A stretch of DNA of 64,000 bases from Dictyostelium discoideum (Eukaryota), in contig CM000150.2 in assembly GCA_000004695.1 (NCBI GenBank), positions 384,001-448,000 on the forward strand, written 5' to 3'. The position numbers and the translations under genes were made by a program. The notes beneath the pieces were generated by a model. That model made no database searches. It was not told the origin of the DNA and worked only from the letters and a program-made list of their open reading frames with translations. Below are positions 41,519 through 53,354 of the stretch, one piece after another (within the stretch, counting starts at the first letter, position 1; each line of letters opens with the position of its first letter).

Positions 41519-41720
41519 GAAAATCCGCAAGAAAAAAAACAGGATTTTAACTAAAAAAAAAAACATACATGAAATATAAAATAAAACTTTTTAAAAAAAA
41601 AATACTATAAAAAAAACTATCTTTAATTTTGATAATTCTCTTTTTTTTTTGATTTTGTTATATTTTTATAATTACTGTGTGGTAATATTCCCTCCATATT
41701 CCGATCGATTTATTTTATTT

Positions 41721-41860
41721 TTTTCGTAGAAGAATGATGATGAAAGCCGGTCTTGCTGATATACTTTATTCAAGTACCTATATGACTATTTAACTACTAT
41801 TTCATTTCACTTTCACTCCGTCTGTCCTATTCACCATTTGTTTTTGCACTTTATCTTATA
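41721..41860 (+). repeat. Segmental duplicate of the ancA exon 2 end plus the start of intron 2 (source 41101..41240, about 90% identical). It lies 200 bp downstream of the ancA stop.
   Basis: TTCGTAGAAGAATGATGATG(C/A)AAGCCGGTC(G/T)TGCTGATAT(T/A)CTTTATTCAAGTACCTATATGACTATTTAACTACTATTTCATTTCACTTTCACTC... occurs twice, with a few substitutions. Confidence 0.85.
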
Positions 41861-42060
41861 AATTTAAAATAAATAATAATGCAATTTTTTTTATTTTTTT
41901 ATTTTGAAATTTCATTTAATTGTTTTAGTGTATGATTTTATTTGTTCGTGTAATCATTTTATTAATGCATTGAAATATTTAAATGATAAAATAATTAAAC
42001 TAATATTTATATTATTGAATTGGCTTGGGTAAGTGAAAAAACTATAATTACTATTATTAT

Positions 42061-42082
42061 TTATTATTTTTTTTTAATATTA

Positions 42083-42113
<31 letters not shown>

Positions 42114-43479
42114 AACGGACATGCATTTTTGGATGATGCATAGATTGTTTGATTGCAAATGGAGTTATTAACAGTGGTTAAGACGGTGAATTCAGTATTG
42201 GAGCATCTAATATATACCTTTATCTCTGGTTTGGTTGTACAAATGGTAGGGGTAGATGATGAATTAAATGAAATTAAAATATTGTTTGATGTGTTACTAC
42301 TTGCAATAAATGGTACTTTGGATACTGTAGGTTTATCAAGGAATGGAATGGTTGTTTTTCCAAGTCCTAAAATAAGACAACCATAATACTTTCCACTTAA
42401 TCTTGAGAATTTATTACATACATCAACAGTACCACCGAAATTGAAAAGGAATCTATTGGGTTCTAGAGCTGACGAATATGGATTTGATGATGATGTTCTT
42501 TAATAATTTTTTTTTTTTATCAGTAAAATAAAATCTATAAAAGAAAATAATAATAATAATAATAATAAAATACATACAATTTCAATGATCTTAAATCATA
42601 TTGATTGCCACCAAATAAGTATTTGTTTTCAATTGGACAGGCAAATTTAGTGGAGATTTGTTGGATACCTTGTACCATTGACTGAAACACGTTATTGAAT
42701 TGGACCCTCACCAGCTGTAGCAGTACATAAAGTTGATGTTTCACAAAGACTAAAATAAAAAATGTTGCTACCATTTGTTGTAGTATATTGTGATGGTCCT
42801 AAAACACTATTGAGATTAATTAATTAATTTAATTTTTTAAAAATATAAAATAAATAGGTTAGATAATAAAATAATGATAAATTAAAATAAAAATAAAATA
42901 AAAGAATACATACTTTGAAGTTGGTGATAAATCGAAAAATCTATTTTTAGAATCTTGGAAAACACATCTATTTTTAGAATCTTTAGTATGTGGACTATCC
43001 ACTCTAGCATTTTGAATGAAATCATAGTGGTTTGTATCAGAGTATGTATAAACATAATTGTAAAGACTATAAAATGGAATGGTTTTTGGATTTCCAACTT
43101 CTACAGTTAATAATGATTGAATAGAATTAACTTGGTCTTCCAATACACCAATCGAAGCACGAGAGGATATATCGGTTGTCTTTGATTGAGCAGAGGTTGA
43201 ATTTGATTCGAGTGATGATGTTTTTGGTGCAATGAATTGGAAATTACTTTCAAAGAAACACAAATTATTTGAATTTAATGATTGATAAATCATTGGTTTT
43301 TTATCATTATTGGCTGCATTTAATAACTCTATGAAATATGTTTTGAAATCATAAACATTTTCTTTATTACTTAACACATCAATTAAAAATGATACACTTG
43401 ATTCTTTAAAACCTTCTAATTCATATAAATCATAAAAGAATGATGTTATTGAAGAGCTGTAATATGATTGAACATTCAA
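42061..43479 (-). CDS. Uncharacterized multi-exon gene. Exon 1 is complement(42913..43479) and encodes 189 aa (MNVQSYYSSSITSFFYDLYELEGF...FDLSPTSK) before a GTATGT donor. The downstream exons are only partly resolved. Candidate pieces include SMVQGIQQISTKFACPIENKYLFGGNQYDLRSLKL and a last exon GLGKTTIPFLDKPTVSKVPF...TEFTVLTTVNNSICNQTIYASSKNACPFYLFIYLFIYLFIILKKNNK*.
   Basis: The 206-aa ORF 42859..43479 runs into the donor AAG|GTATGT at 42912. ORF 42535..42774 ends at another GTATGT donor. The plus-strand ORF 42153..42386 is antisense to an open minus-strand frame that ends in a hydrophobic tail. I did not determine how the pieces join. Confidence 0.35.
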
Positions 43480-43758
43480 GAAAAAAAATTATTTTAAATA
43501 ATTTTAAATAAATAAAAAAAAAACAATCAATATTTTAATGTTTACTATGAAGCATTAAAAAAAACGCCATCAATATTTTAGTGCATATCTTTTCAAAATT
43601 TTTAAAAAAAAACGAGCAAAATCTTGGTGTAAATGAATTCATTTTTTTTATTTTTTTTATTTTTCTTTGAAATATCTTTTGATGCTAAAAATACCAAACC
43701 AATCATGATTTATTCTAAAAAATTTTGAACATTTTATTTTATTTAATTTTATTTTTTT

Positions 43759-43821
<63 letters not shown>

Positions 43822-43852
43822 GCAAGAAACGATTAATTAAATAATTAAAAGA

Positions 43853-45187
43853 ATGAAATATTTGGTTACTATATTTTTATTATTTATTTTGTTCTCAATA
43901 ATTAAATGTCAACCTCCAAGATGTTTATACAGTGATATTTATGCAAAATCACCACACCCAAACTTAAAACCCTCTGTAAATTATGTTAATTGGTGGATTT
44001 ATGAACATTTTAATGATGCTGGTTATGGTGGTTCATCTTTTTATACAGATAGTAATTTAAAGGACCTAAATGAAAAAATTTTTGAATTGAGCGATTATAA
44101 TATGAGAGATCAAAACCAGGTATCTCCAATTACTCAAACATTCAGTCAAGTGAATGATCTTCTATTTTCAAGTATTTCTTACAATAATGCTTTTGATGAC
44201 GATTACTCAAAAGGAAGTGCACATGAAAAAGGATTTTTTATTTGGAACGAACAAGGTGGTATTCATGTTATTCATAGTATTCCAAAAACACCTCAAAAAA
44301 TGAATGATTTCTTTTTACATACCTCCAAAGATAATTATTTACAACATTCAATTTGTATTACATTGTCACAAGCTGAATTAGATATTATTCCTAAATATTT
44401 GATTTATACCAACCCTGCAATTGCAACAATAAATTCTAAAAAGATTACTGGTTCAATCATAAGTTCTTTAACAGAAGAAAGTATAACAGGTGTTAATAAT
44501 GTTAACAAAAACGATACATTTGATACAGTAACAGATATTGAAATTGGAGATACGGAACAGTTTACAGAAATCGATACAATTATTCAGGATAATTTTATTG
44601 TAGGTCCAACTCTCCCAAGAATTATTAAAATTCTACAATGGGCTAAATTGGTATGTATAATTATTTTTATTATTGTTTATTTTATAGTTGTAAATTATAC
44701 TCACTCAAATTATACCACTTTTTGTATTTCCCAGGCTAATCATGTCGCTGGAAATATTGATTTTTCATCAGATCCAAATTTTCCAAGCTATCATTATTAT
44801 AGAGCAAAGCAACATTCATTTGGTGAATACTTTGTTCAAACTCCAATACCAGAAAAGAAAAATATTATTGCTGGATCCTCTCAGTATAACTTGGCAAGAA
44901 TGAATAACATTGAAATTTTATGGCAATACATCGGTAAATATTACGGTAGTATTTCAAAATGGATGTCTCAAACAATGACTACAAATAAAGGATTTGCTAA
45001 TAATGTAGTTACTGGTACAACTTTCTCATTAACATTTAGGCTCAATTATCCATTCCTAAATAACCATCAACAAAGAAGTGCCTCAAAAGATCATTCAAAG
45101 TTCATGTATGGTACCAGTAACAATGGTCAACAAAAAATCTTTTGTATAGGTGGTTTAAATTGGCAAAGAGCTCAAGGTAGGATAAAA

Positions 45188-45266
<79 letters not shown>

Positions 45267-46458
45267 TATATATTATATATTATATATTATATTATTTATT
45301 ATTTATTATTACTAATTAATCGTTAATTTGAATATTTTTATTGATACAATACACTTCATAATTAGAATCAAGAGGAGGGGCAGCTTTTTGCATGAATGGT
45401 ATTGGTTATTTAGTTGATTATATGGAAAGACATGTATCATGGACAAGAAAAGGAATAGCCCAAAATCAAGTAAAATCTGGTGTCCCACAATCAACAGTAG
45501 GAACTGAAATAGACTTTTCTTGGATAAAGGATCAATTGAACATCCAAAATCTAGATATTCCCATGGGATTCGAAATTTTAATACCAACAACACAAAATCC
45601 ACTTCCAAAAAGAGTTATTGAACCAGCACAATCAAATTATAAAACCAAAAATGCTCCACTCCTTGTTGAACCTGTGCAGACACCATTAGGTGCATTAGTA
45701 GGTTATAAAACTGAGGCAATTTCAATTGATGTTTTCCCAAGTGTAAAAGATAAAGTACATATATGTCTACAATCATCCCAATGTCCGTATGAATTATCAG
45801 CTAAATCTAATATCATTTCAAATATTAATCTTATTGTTACTCCTTATCAATTAAACTCAGAATCAGAACCTGTTATGACAATTTCCTCCAATGCAAACCC
45901 TGCTATTTCTGTTTCACAAGTATTGAAGAATAATTATTTCTCTTCTATGGCCACTGAAAAAATAATTCAACTAAATGGTAATAATTTTGGAGTTTATTTA
46001 CAAAAGACTCAACAAACTCTAGGTGATTTTAAATTTAAATTTCCACAATCAAGTATCAATACCCCTTGTACTATTTCACCAATAGGTAGTAATATTATTT
46101 CAATTATGTTTCATGAAACTTGTGTTGATCAACTTATATTTTGCTTATTTAGTCATTTCCACATGTATTCAATTAATAATATACCAGTGTTTATGGTAGA
46201 TGACCAAGCTTCATTTTATAATGATGTTACCCAAATTCTTGTAAGATAATATTCAGTTACAAATATAAAATGCACAAAACTTTTTGATCATTACATTCTA
46301 ATACCATTATTAATTTTTTTAAATAGAATGAATTCTTTCCAAACATTCCAGATATCAGTAGATGTGTTGAACAACCACCTTCGCCTGGAACTGCAATGAC
46401 TGATAACGATGAAATTGATGAATTGATGGGATCTCAGGCCATGACTGATGAAATTTAA
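43853..46458 (+). CDS. DNase II-family (acid deoxyribonuclease) homolog with a ~290-aa C-terminal extension of unknown function. Exons: join(43853..44650, 44735..45176, 45366..46240). A possible fourth exon is 46327..46458; if it is not used, exon 3 ends at the TAA 46247..46249.
   Basis: Signal peptide MKYLVTIFLLFILFSIIKC. DNase II motifs are GFFIWNEQGGIHVIHSIPKTP, DHSKF and CIGGLNWQRAQ. The intron GTATGT...CCCAG (84 bp) is read through in frame by the ORF track. The donor CAAG|GTAGGA at 45177, the (TTA)n intron and the acceptor ATAATTAG| at 45365 join in phase to ...E-SRGGAAFC, a match to the DNase II 'RSGGFIC' region. The frame then runs on as MNGIGYLVDY... for 285 aa (ORF 45392..46249). 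The stop TAA overlaps a GTAAGA donor. An 86-bp intron (acceptor TTAAATAG|) would add the in-frame NEFFPNIPDISRCVEQPPSPGTAMTDNDEIDELMGSQAMTDEI*. Confidence 0.7.
45189..45260. repeat. (TTA)n microsatellite (about 24 units) inside the last large intron of the DNase II-like gene.
   Basis: Perfect triplet run, followed by (TATAT) units. Confidence 0.9.
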
Positions 46459-46689
46459 AAAATTAATAATCAAAAAAAAACACTGTTTTTAAAAAAAAAA
46501 AAAATAATAAAAAAAAAATCTAAAAAAATTGAATCACGATATGGTATCTGTATTGTTTATGGCTTGATTTAAAATTTGTGGTAAATCTTTGACCTTAGGA
46601 TTCTATTTTAATTTCCAAAAAAAAAAAAGTAATATCAAATTGAATTTTTAAATGACAAATGATAGTATTTTATTTTTTAATTGTAAATT

Positions 46690-47772
46690 ATTCTTTTTCA
46701 ATACAAACTTTAACTTTGTATTGGATTTGATGAAGGATGATCCAGATTTATCATTATAACAAATAAGGGTATTATTATATGCATAGTTAAATTCTACTTC
46801 TCCTGGATAACAGGCAAGTTTATTTGATGCAGAGTTGAATTCTGTGATAATTGTTTGATTGGTAATTACAATTGGCTCTACTTCGGATGGTGGAACTTCA
46901 AAGCATGCATGAATAATCTGAAGCTTTTACCAATGAATTCTTTGAGCATGATGAATATTTATTGTAACTATAGCATTCTACATTATTAATGAATGAATGT
47001 TCAGGTTCACCGCCATCACTAACACATTCAACAATGTTTGATTGGGTTTCGCTATTTGAACAGAAAATAGTAGAATTATGATTGTATGAATATTCATTGA
47101 ATCCATCTTTACAATAGATTGGACTATTTTGACCATAGAATATCATTGATTTTTCATTGGCATTGTATTCACATTTTAATGAACTTGAAACTTTTGAAAC
47201 TGTTGAAATAGAGAATTTATAGTCAATGCAGATTTTGAACGAACACCACAATTAATTTCAGTTACAAAGTTGGTTGTATTACATTTAATACCATTATTAT
47301 TAGCATCAATTTGACAAGTGATTGATTTGTTGAAATTGAAACTAAAATTATTATTATCAATACATGTTACAGTTTCATTGAATTGATTATCAATTGTAAA
47401 GATACGATCATTATGATTAATTGAGAAAAATACTGCAGAGTAAGGTGTTGAAGCAATTGATAAAAGATTGGATGTTGGTACTGGTGCTGTTGATGATGAT
47501 AATAGGTTTCCACCCATTGATGATTTTGTTACCACCAATGCTAAAGCTATAGTTGATACACGTTTAATACCATTCTTTGCAACCTGAGTTACAACTCTTC
47601 TTGTTACCTCTGCGAACCCAAATTGTAATGATTTCTCTAATGCTCCTGAAAATGATGCTGTAGATGCTAATATTGAACCAGATTGAGCTGCTGTTGCAGA
47701 TGTTGCAGATGTTGCAAATGCTATTTGTGTAAGTGGTAAAGCAGTTGATGCTAATAATGCTGCTGCAACCAA
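46690..47772 (-). pseudogene. Frameshifted gene for a secreted Ala/Ser/Thr-rich, Cys-rich protein. Three successive reading frames carry the coding sense. It is a probable pseudogene, or else sequence errors.
   Basis: ORF 47176..47772 starts with the signal peptide MVAAALLASTALPLTQIAFA, a Ser/Thr/Ala-rich run and Cys modules. The sense then continues in a second frame (46898..47251, ...KCEYNANEKSMIFYGQNSPIYC...DYSCML*) and in a third frame (CFEVPPSEVEPIVITNQ...ACYPGEVEFNYAYNNTLICYND...). The second shift sits in a CATGCATGC tandem: TCATGCATGCTTTGAAG. Confidence 0.5.
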
Positions 47773-47828
47773 AGATTAAGATTTGTTCATTTTGTAATAA
47801 TGGGCCAATATTCTATAAGAATCTAATT

Positions 47829-47873
47829 ATGAAGACAGTTTCAAATTATTTGGCATCTGCTTTGGTTTCAATT

Positions 47874-47938
<65 letters not shown>

Positions 47939-48137
47939 AAACAACAACAATAACAGCAACAACAACAATAACAACAATAATTCAATTTTCATCTCTGATG
48001 ATTTATATAAAGAATTACCTTGTTTTAAATCCAAAGCAATCAATTATATAAATTTATTTGATTACTTTGAAAACGATTGTAATTTCCCATTGAATAATTA
48101 TAATTTAACCTTTGATTTTTCAAATTATTTAGAATAG
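47829..48137 (+). CDS. Small hypothetical protein with a poly-Asn tract (MKTVSNYLASALVSIINNN...ELPCFKSKAINYINLFDYFENDCNFPLNNYNLTFDFSNYLE).
   Basis: An ATG at 47829 lies inside ORF 47733..48137. The (CAA)n microsatellite at 47878..47980 encodes the poly-N. It is antisense to the 5' end of the frameshifted locus. Confidence 0.3.
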
Positions 48138-48639
48138 TTTAAACTATATAATAATCGTGGTGAAAATAATTAAAAAAAATTGCAGAAACAAAGAAAAAAA
48201 AAAAAAAAAAAAAAAAACAATAATAATAAATAATAAAAAGTGAATTTAATTTACATTTATTTTGGTTTGTTGATAATATATATTTTTATTTTTTATTTTT
48301 TATTTTTTATTTTTTATTTTTTTTTTAATGTAAATGTATATAGTTTCTTCTATTAATTAATTATTTCTATAAATTATCTGATCAGTTTCTTTTTATATTT
48401 TAAATAAAATACCCACATCACAGCTTATCTGTATGTTTAGTTATTGTTTAAATCAAAAATTTTTTTTTTTATAACTATTCAAAACCAAAAAAATTATACT
48501 TTTCAAATTAACTTAGTAAATGACAATAATATTTTTAATAAAAAAAAAAGTAAAAATAAAGAAATTTATGATTTAGTTTAATAAAGTTAACAATGAATTA
48601 AAATTATTTATTTATTTATTCATATATTTATTTATTTAT

Positions 48640-49480
48640 TGACCTGAAGTGATTTGGGGCCATGGTTGAATTCAATAGTTGTCATTGTGTTGTTCTTGTG
48701 TTTATACCTTTACCTGTAGTGATATTTGAGTAAGTTCTACTGTTTATTGTTTTTGTATTTACATTATTAAAAGATTGAAAATCTTGATTTTACCCAATCA
48801 CTAGTGATAGTGCTGCGCTACCAAATCTAATACAATATTATTGAATTCGATTTTGAAAAATTTTCTAAAATCTACCACCTAAACTATTACTAATATCCAC
48901 AATTTTCTCTTCTTATACACAACCAATACTATTTCCATCAATAGAATTTAAACTTGATAAACTTATTGAATTGGTTGTTGACCCCACTGCTGCTGCTGCT
49001 GTTGTTGTTGTTGTTGTTGATGCTACTGTTGCTGCTGCTGTTGTTGTTGGTTGTGCTTCTGTTACTAATAAATTTGTAATAATTGGTACAAAGGAAATTA
49101 TCAATATTATTGGTGATTAACAATTGAGAAGGTGGCCACTAATTCTACATATGGCGAGTACAATGGCCAGGTGGATGAATAGAACAAAAAGTAAGGTATA
49201 CCCAGAACGACAATCAGAATCAACGGGCACAAATAGTTTTCAGCTTTTTGTTTTAGTTTACATCGTGGATGAGCATAACATTACGCATGTGTTAAACTCT
49301 GGTGGATTATCAAAGAAACCAATGGATGTATACATTGTTACAACTGACAGGGGCGACTGGATTTAAAGAATATCAAGCATTGATTCATGAGCTGTAATTG
49401 TTTTGATTGGTGGTAATTTTGTATCGATACAAAATTCACATAATTTTTCATGGTTCTATAGAACCAAACTACCTTCTAAA
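48640..49480. other. Compositionally atypical segment. It is GC-richer, lacks homopolymer tracts and has no long ORF. It is a candidate degenerate mobile-element fragment or a non-coding RNA locus.
   Basis: Sequences such as GGTGGCCACTAATTCTACATATGGCGAGTACAATGGCCAGGTGGATGAATAGAACAAAAAGTAAGGTATACCCAGAACGACAATCAGAATCAACGGGCAC are unlike the surrounding 80%-AT intergenic DNA. The only ORFs are 60-80 aa and run across (CTG/GTT)n repeats. Confidence 0.3.
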
Positions 49481-50271
49481 TTTAATAAACATTCATAAAA
49501 ATTCTTTTTTTTTTTTTTTCTTTTGATCTTTTTCTTTATCAGAGATTAAAATTAGTTAGTTATACTCCAAACCATTATTATTATTATTTATTTTGTTTAT
49601 TTCATTGTATTTTATAAAAAATTATTAAAAAAAAAAAGAAAAAAAAAAGAAAAAAAAAAATGGTATTAATAAACCCAAAAAAAAAAAAAAAAAAAAAAAA
49701 CTTTCAACAACAATTTTCAAAAGAATGAGGTAATTAAATAAAAATTATTATTTTATATTAATTAAATATACATTTTTTATATTAATTTTTTTTTATTATT
49801 TTTTTTTTTATTTTTTTTTTTTCAGTATCAAAATGAGAATTTAAAATTTTAAATCGAGGAAATTCCAAATGAATTTGTAATTCAAAACCTCAAAAAATAA
49901 ATAATAATAACAATAATAATAATAAAATATTACCAAATTATGTTTCTATACAAATAATTAAACCAATATTATATTCGTATTTATTATTAAATAATAAAAA
50001 TAATAATAATTGTAATGAAAATAATAATAAATATTATGAAGTTAAAAATTATTCTAATAATATCAATGAAATTATTAAATTATCATAAGTATCAAAAGAT
50101 TGGTTTAAAATTATATCAAATTTAATTAGTGATAATATTATTAATAATAATAGATTAGAATATTGGTTTAATAAATCTTAATATTAATAATAATAATTAT
50201 AATAATTTTAATAATAATAATTATAATAATATTGAATTTAATTCAATTTCATATACATCAATAAAGATTTT

Positions 50272-51689
50272 ATGGAAGGTGAAGTTCAATTTAAAATGGA
50301 GATTAATTATGATTTTTCAATTATTAAAATTTCAAATGAAATCAGTAAAGAATATTTTAATCAACAAGTATTATGTTTATATGATTTAGATTGTAAAATT
50401 TTAGAAAACCTTGGTGAATTAGAAAAACAAGGTAAATTAAAATATAGAAAGATTTTAATTAAATATTATTTAATTTTATTTGATGATGATGATGAATATT
50501 TCGTACCAGTATTTTTTAAAGGTATTCAGGAAGGATGGTTTAAAAAGGATGGTTTATTAGATTTAACTTCATCATCCGGTAATTGTATAATTTGAAGTTT
50601 GTTCTAGTAATTTCTTTGATGCCGATTATGTAAATCCACCATCAAATATAATGCAATATTATTTTAATAGAACAACACCCTATATACCAAAACATTATTT
50701 TACAAATTTCTATTGTGGCGCACTAGAATATATTTATCAAAATCAATATAAAAAATCGTACGATTTAAATTTAGATATTCTAGCGGAAACAATTTTTTCA
50801 AAAAATATTAAATATAGATCAATTATTAATAAAAGAAATCCACAATTAAATAATACACATACAAATTCATTTATTCTATTTAGTATTTGTAATGAAAATA
50901 ATAAACAAATTGAATCAATTAAAATTTATAGATATTTCGTTGAACCATTTAGTTTGGTTTCAATTAAAAAATTTGAAAAATTACATACATTAGTTATACC
51001 AACTCAATTTCATCATTTAATTGGATTATCATTAGATAAAGATGATGCATGTTGTATTGGTGTTAAAAAATTTACATCAATTTTCATAAATGGTGTTACT
51101 GATTATTTTCAATCAATGATAAAATCATTAAATTCAAGTAAATCATTAAGAAATTTAACAAATAAAAATTGGTGTGAAAATTAAATTTGTATTTTTGAAA
51201 AGTATTGTAGCGATTTAAATTATGGTGATGATAAATTTCAATCATTTTTAAATGATATTAAACCATTTTCAAATGGTAATAAATCATTTTTATCATCAAC
51301 ATCATCAACATCAGGTATAGAATATTTTAAAATTAAAAATTTTGGTATTTTAATTTCAAATGATACATTCTCAGAATTGAATAATAAATCAATTAAAACT
51401 TTAGTATTAGATGATGATTGTATTTTTACATTTTCAAAACCATATCAATTTCAATTTTATAGAAATCATCATTATAATATAATTCAATATTTATTTGAAA
51501 ATATTTTCAATAAAGAATTATCAATAATTAAATATTTTAAATTCTCATTAGCTCATACATATTGTTTAAAACCAATATTTCAATCAATTTTAAATAATAT
51601 TGAAACAATTCAATTATATTCAATAACAATAAAAACAATTGAAAAATGAATCAATTTTAGATGAAATTATTAATCTTTCAAATAAAATT

Positions 51690-51720
<31 letters not shown>

Positions 51721-51920
51721 CAAAAAATTTAATTGAATTTAAAATATATGTTAGAATGTATCAATGTAGATATGATTTTAAAAAAAATGAAAAAATTAAA
51801 CAATATCAATCATTATTAAATTATAAAATATATAATAATGGTAAAAGTAATTGTCAATTTGCAATTTCAATTAAAAATCATTTAGATAGAGATTTACTTT
51901 TAAAATCTATTTATGATTAA
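50272..51920 (+). pseudogene. Disrupted hypothetical-protein gene (Dictyostelium-specific family). The coding sense passes through at least three frames, with one internal TAA.
   Basis: ORFs 50272..50595 (frame 1), 50651..51184 and 51377..51649 (both frame 2) are separated only by TAA 51182..51184; the frame reopens as ICIFEKYCSDLNYGDDKFQSFLNDIKPFSNG.... ORF 51639..51920 is in frame 0. The last shift is at an A5 run (GAAAAATGAATC), and the first is near TCATCCGGTAATTGTATAATTTGA. The upstream sense frame differs again. Confidence 0.5.
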
Positions 51921-52025
51921 AAATAAATAAAAAATAAAAATAAAAATAAATAAAAAATAAAATAAAAAATAAAATAAAATAAATAAATAAAAAAATATGA
52001 GTTTTTTAAAGAATTTCATTTTTAT

Positions 52026-53354
52026 TTAAAAGAAAAAGAAAAAAAAACAAATTAATAATAATATAATAAAAGTATAATTATTTGTATTTAATTTAGAATT
52101 TGAATTATTTTTATCAGAATTTTCATTATCTTGATTATTTTTTGGTTTTAATTCATTATTTGATGAATTATTTGAAGTATTATTATTATTACTATCATTA
52201 TTTTCATCAGCACTACTATTATTATCTTGACTAATTTCATCATTACTTATATCTTTTGGTTTAATTGGTTTTAAAGTTAAATCATCAGTATCATTATATG
52301 TACCATTTCTAGATTCTAAATTATAATTTAAAAAATAATTATTTTCTAAACTTGTTGAATTTGTAATTATACATTTTAGGGAATCTGGTAATTTACAACC
52401 ACCAAATTCAAAACGAAGACAACGAGAATAGAAACAAACTGCATGTTGTTGACAATTTTTCATAACACAACTATTGGCATTGGTTTCATGAATACCATTG
52501 ATATCATTAACTACTGAGCATTGACTACCTTTTAAACATTGTTGTAGGTTTGTATAAAGTTTTGAACAAGTTGCATCAATATTAAATTTAGAATTACATG
52601 TAGAATTGGAAGATTTACCTGAACATTCACATTCTTGCCAAAACGTGTCACAATCTTTATTGGATTTACATGTTTGTTTACCATTAACCATCTCGGCACA
52701 ACTTGACACTAGGCCACTTGTGGTGGGGCAGTATAGCCCACCCTCCATATCACACTCGCCAAATTGCGTAGCGTAGCAAGATTGGCCAATGGATTTCGAG
52801 AATAATGGAACACACTTACCTTGTAAATAATTTGATCTGCCATCTTCCATACCGCAAATAGCGTCTTGTGTACATTGGTCAACTTTGAATAAACAGTCTG
52901 CACCCATTGGTAATCTTTGTACACACTGATTGAATTTGTTACAATAACTATTGGAATCACAATCTTCATTCATTGAACAGTTGTTGAGTTTCTTTAATTT
53001 ACAAATTCCTTTAGTGCATAATAAACTACCTAAACATTCAGAACTTGATAAACATCTTTCACCAAGTCCATATAATTTCGATGGTTTACAAACTCTATAT
53101 TGACCTTGATTAATACATTTAAATCCTAATGAACATTCTTTATTACTATTACATCTACCATCTTCTAATTTACCTTCAACACATAATCCACTATTACCAC
53201 AATAAAATCCTGGTGAACATTCTTTTTGACTTTTACCACATTTTGCACCTTTAATACCACATTTATAATCATTTGAACAAATTTCTCCTCCAAATGATAT
53301 TTTAATTTTAAAAATTGTTAAAATTATTAAAATTAATAATAATTTTAATTTCAT
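52026..53354 (-). CDS. Secreted Cys-rich repeat protein, 442 aa. It has about 60 Cys in EGF/Dickkopf-like C-x-C spacing, a Ser/Asn-rich stalk and a hydrophobic C-terminus (probable GPI anchor).
   Basis: The signal peptide is MKLKLLLILIILTIFKIKISFG. Repeated CGxxGxCxxG and CxxNxxC units follow, then a poly-N/S/D stalk and ...NNYTFIILLLICFFFFFF*. Confidence 0.55.
   Translation of the reverse strand: MKLKLLLILIILTIFKIKISFGGEICSNDYKCGIKGAKCGKSQKECSPGFYCGNSGLCVEGKLEDGRCNSNKECSLGFKCINQGQYRVCKPSKLYGLGERCLSSSECLGSLLCTKGICKLKKLNNCSMNEDCDSNSYCNKFNQCVQRLPMGADCLFKVDQCTQDAICGMEDGRSNYLQGKCVPLFSKSIGQSCYATQFGECDMEGGLYCPTTSGLVSSCAEMVNGKQTCKSNKDCDTFWQECECSGKSSNSTCNSKFNIDATCSKLYTNLQQCLKGSQCSVVNDINGIHETNANSCVMKNCQQHAVCFYSRCLRFEFGGCKLPDSLKCIITNSTSLENNYFLNYNLESRNGTYNDTDDLTLKPIKPKDISNDEISQDNNSSADENNDSNNNNTSNNSSNNELKPKNNQDNENSDKNNSNSKLNTNNYTFIILLLICFFFFFF

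Noticed and set aside
42153-42386. Plus-strand ORF of 77 aa.
   Set aside because: It is antisense to an open minus-strand frame (GLGKTTIPFLDKPTVSKVPF...) that belongs to the 42061..43479 multi-exon gene.
52709-52969. Minus-strand 86-aa ORF in another frame inside the Cys-rich GPI protein gene.
   Set aside because: It is a nested out-of-frame ORF. The main 442-aa frame has a signal peptide and regular Cys spacing.
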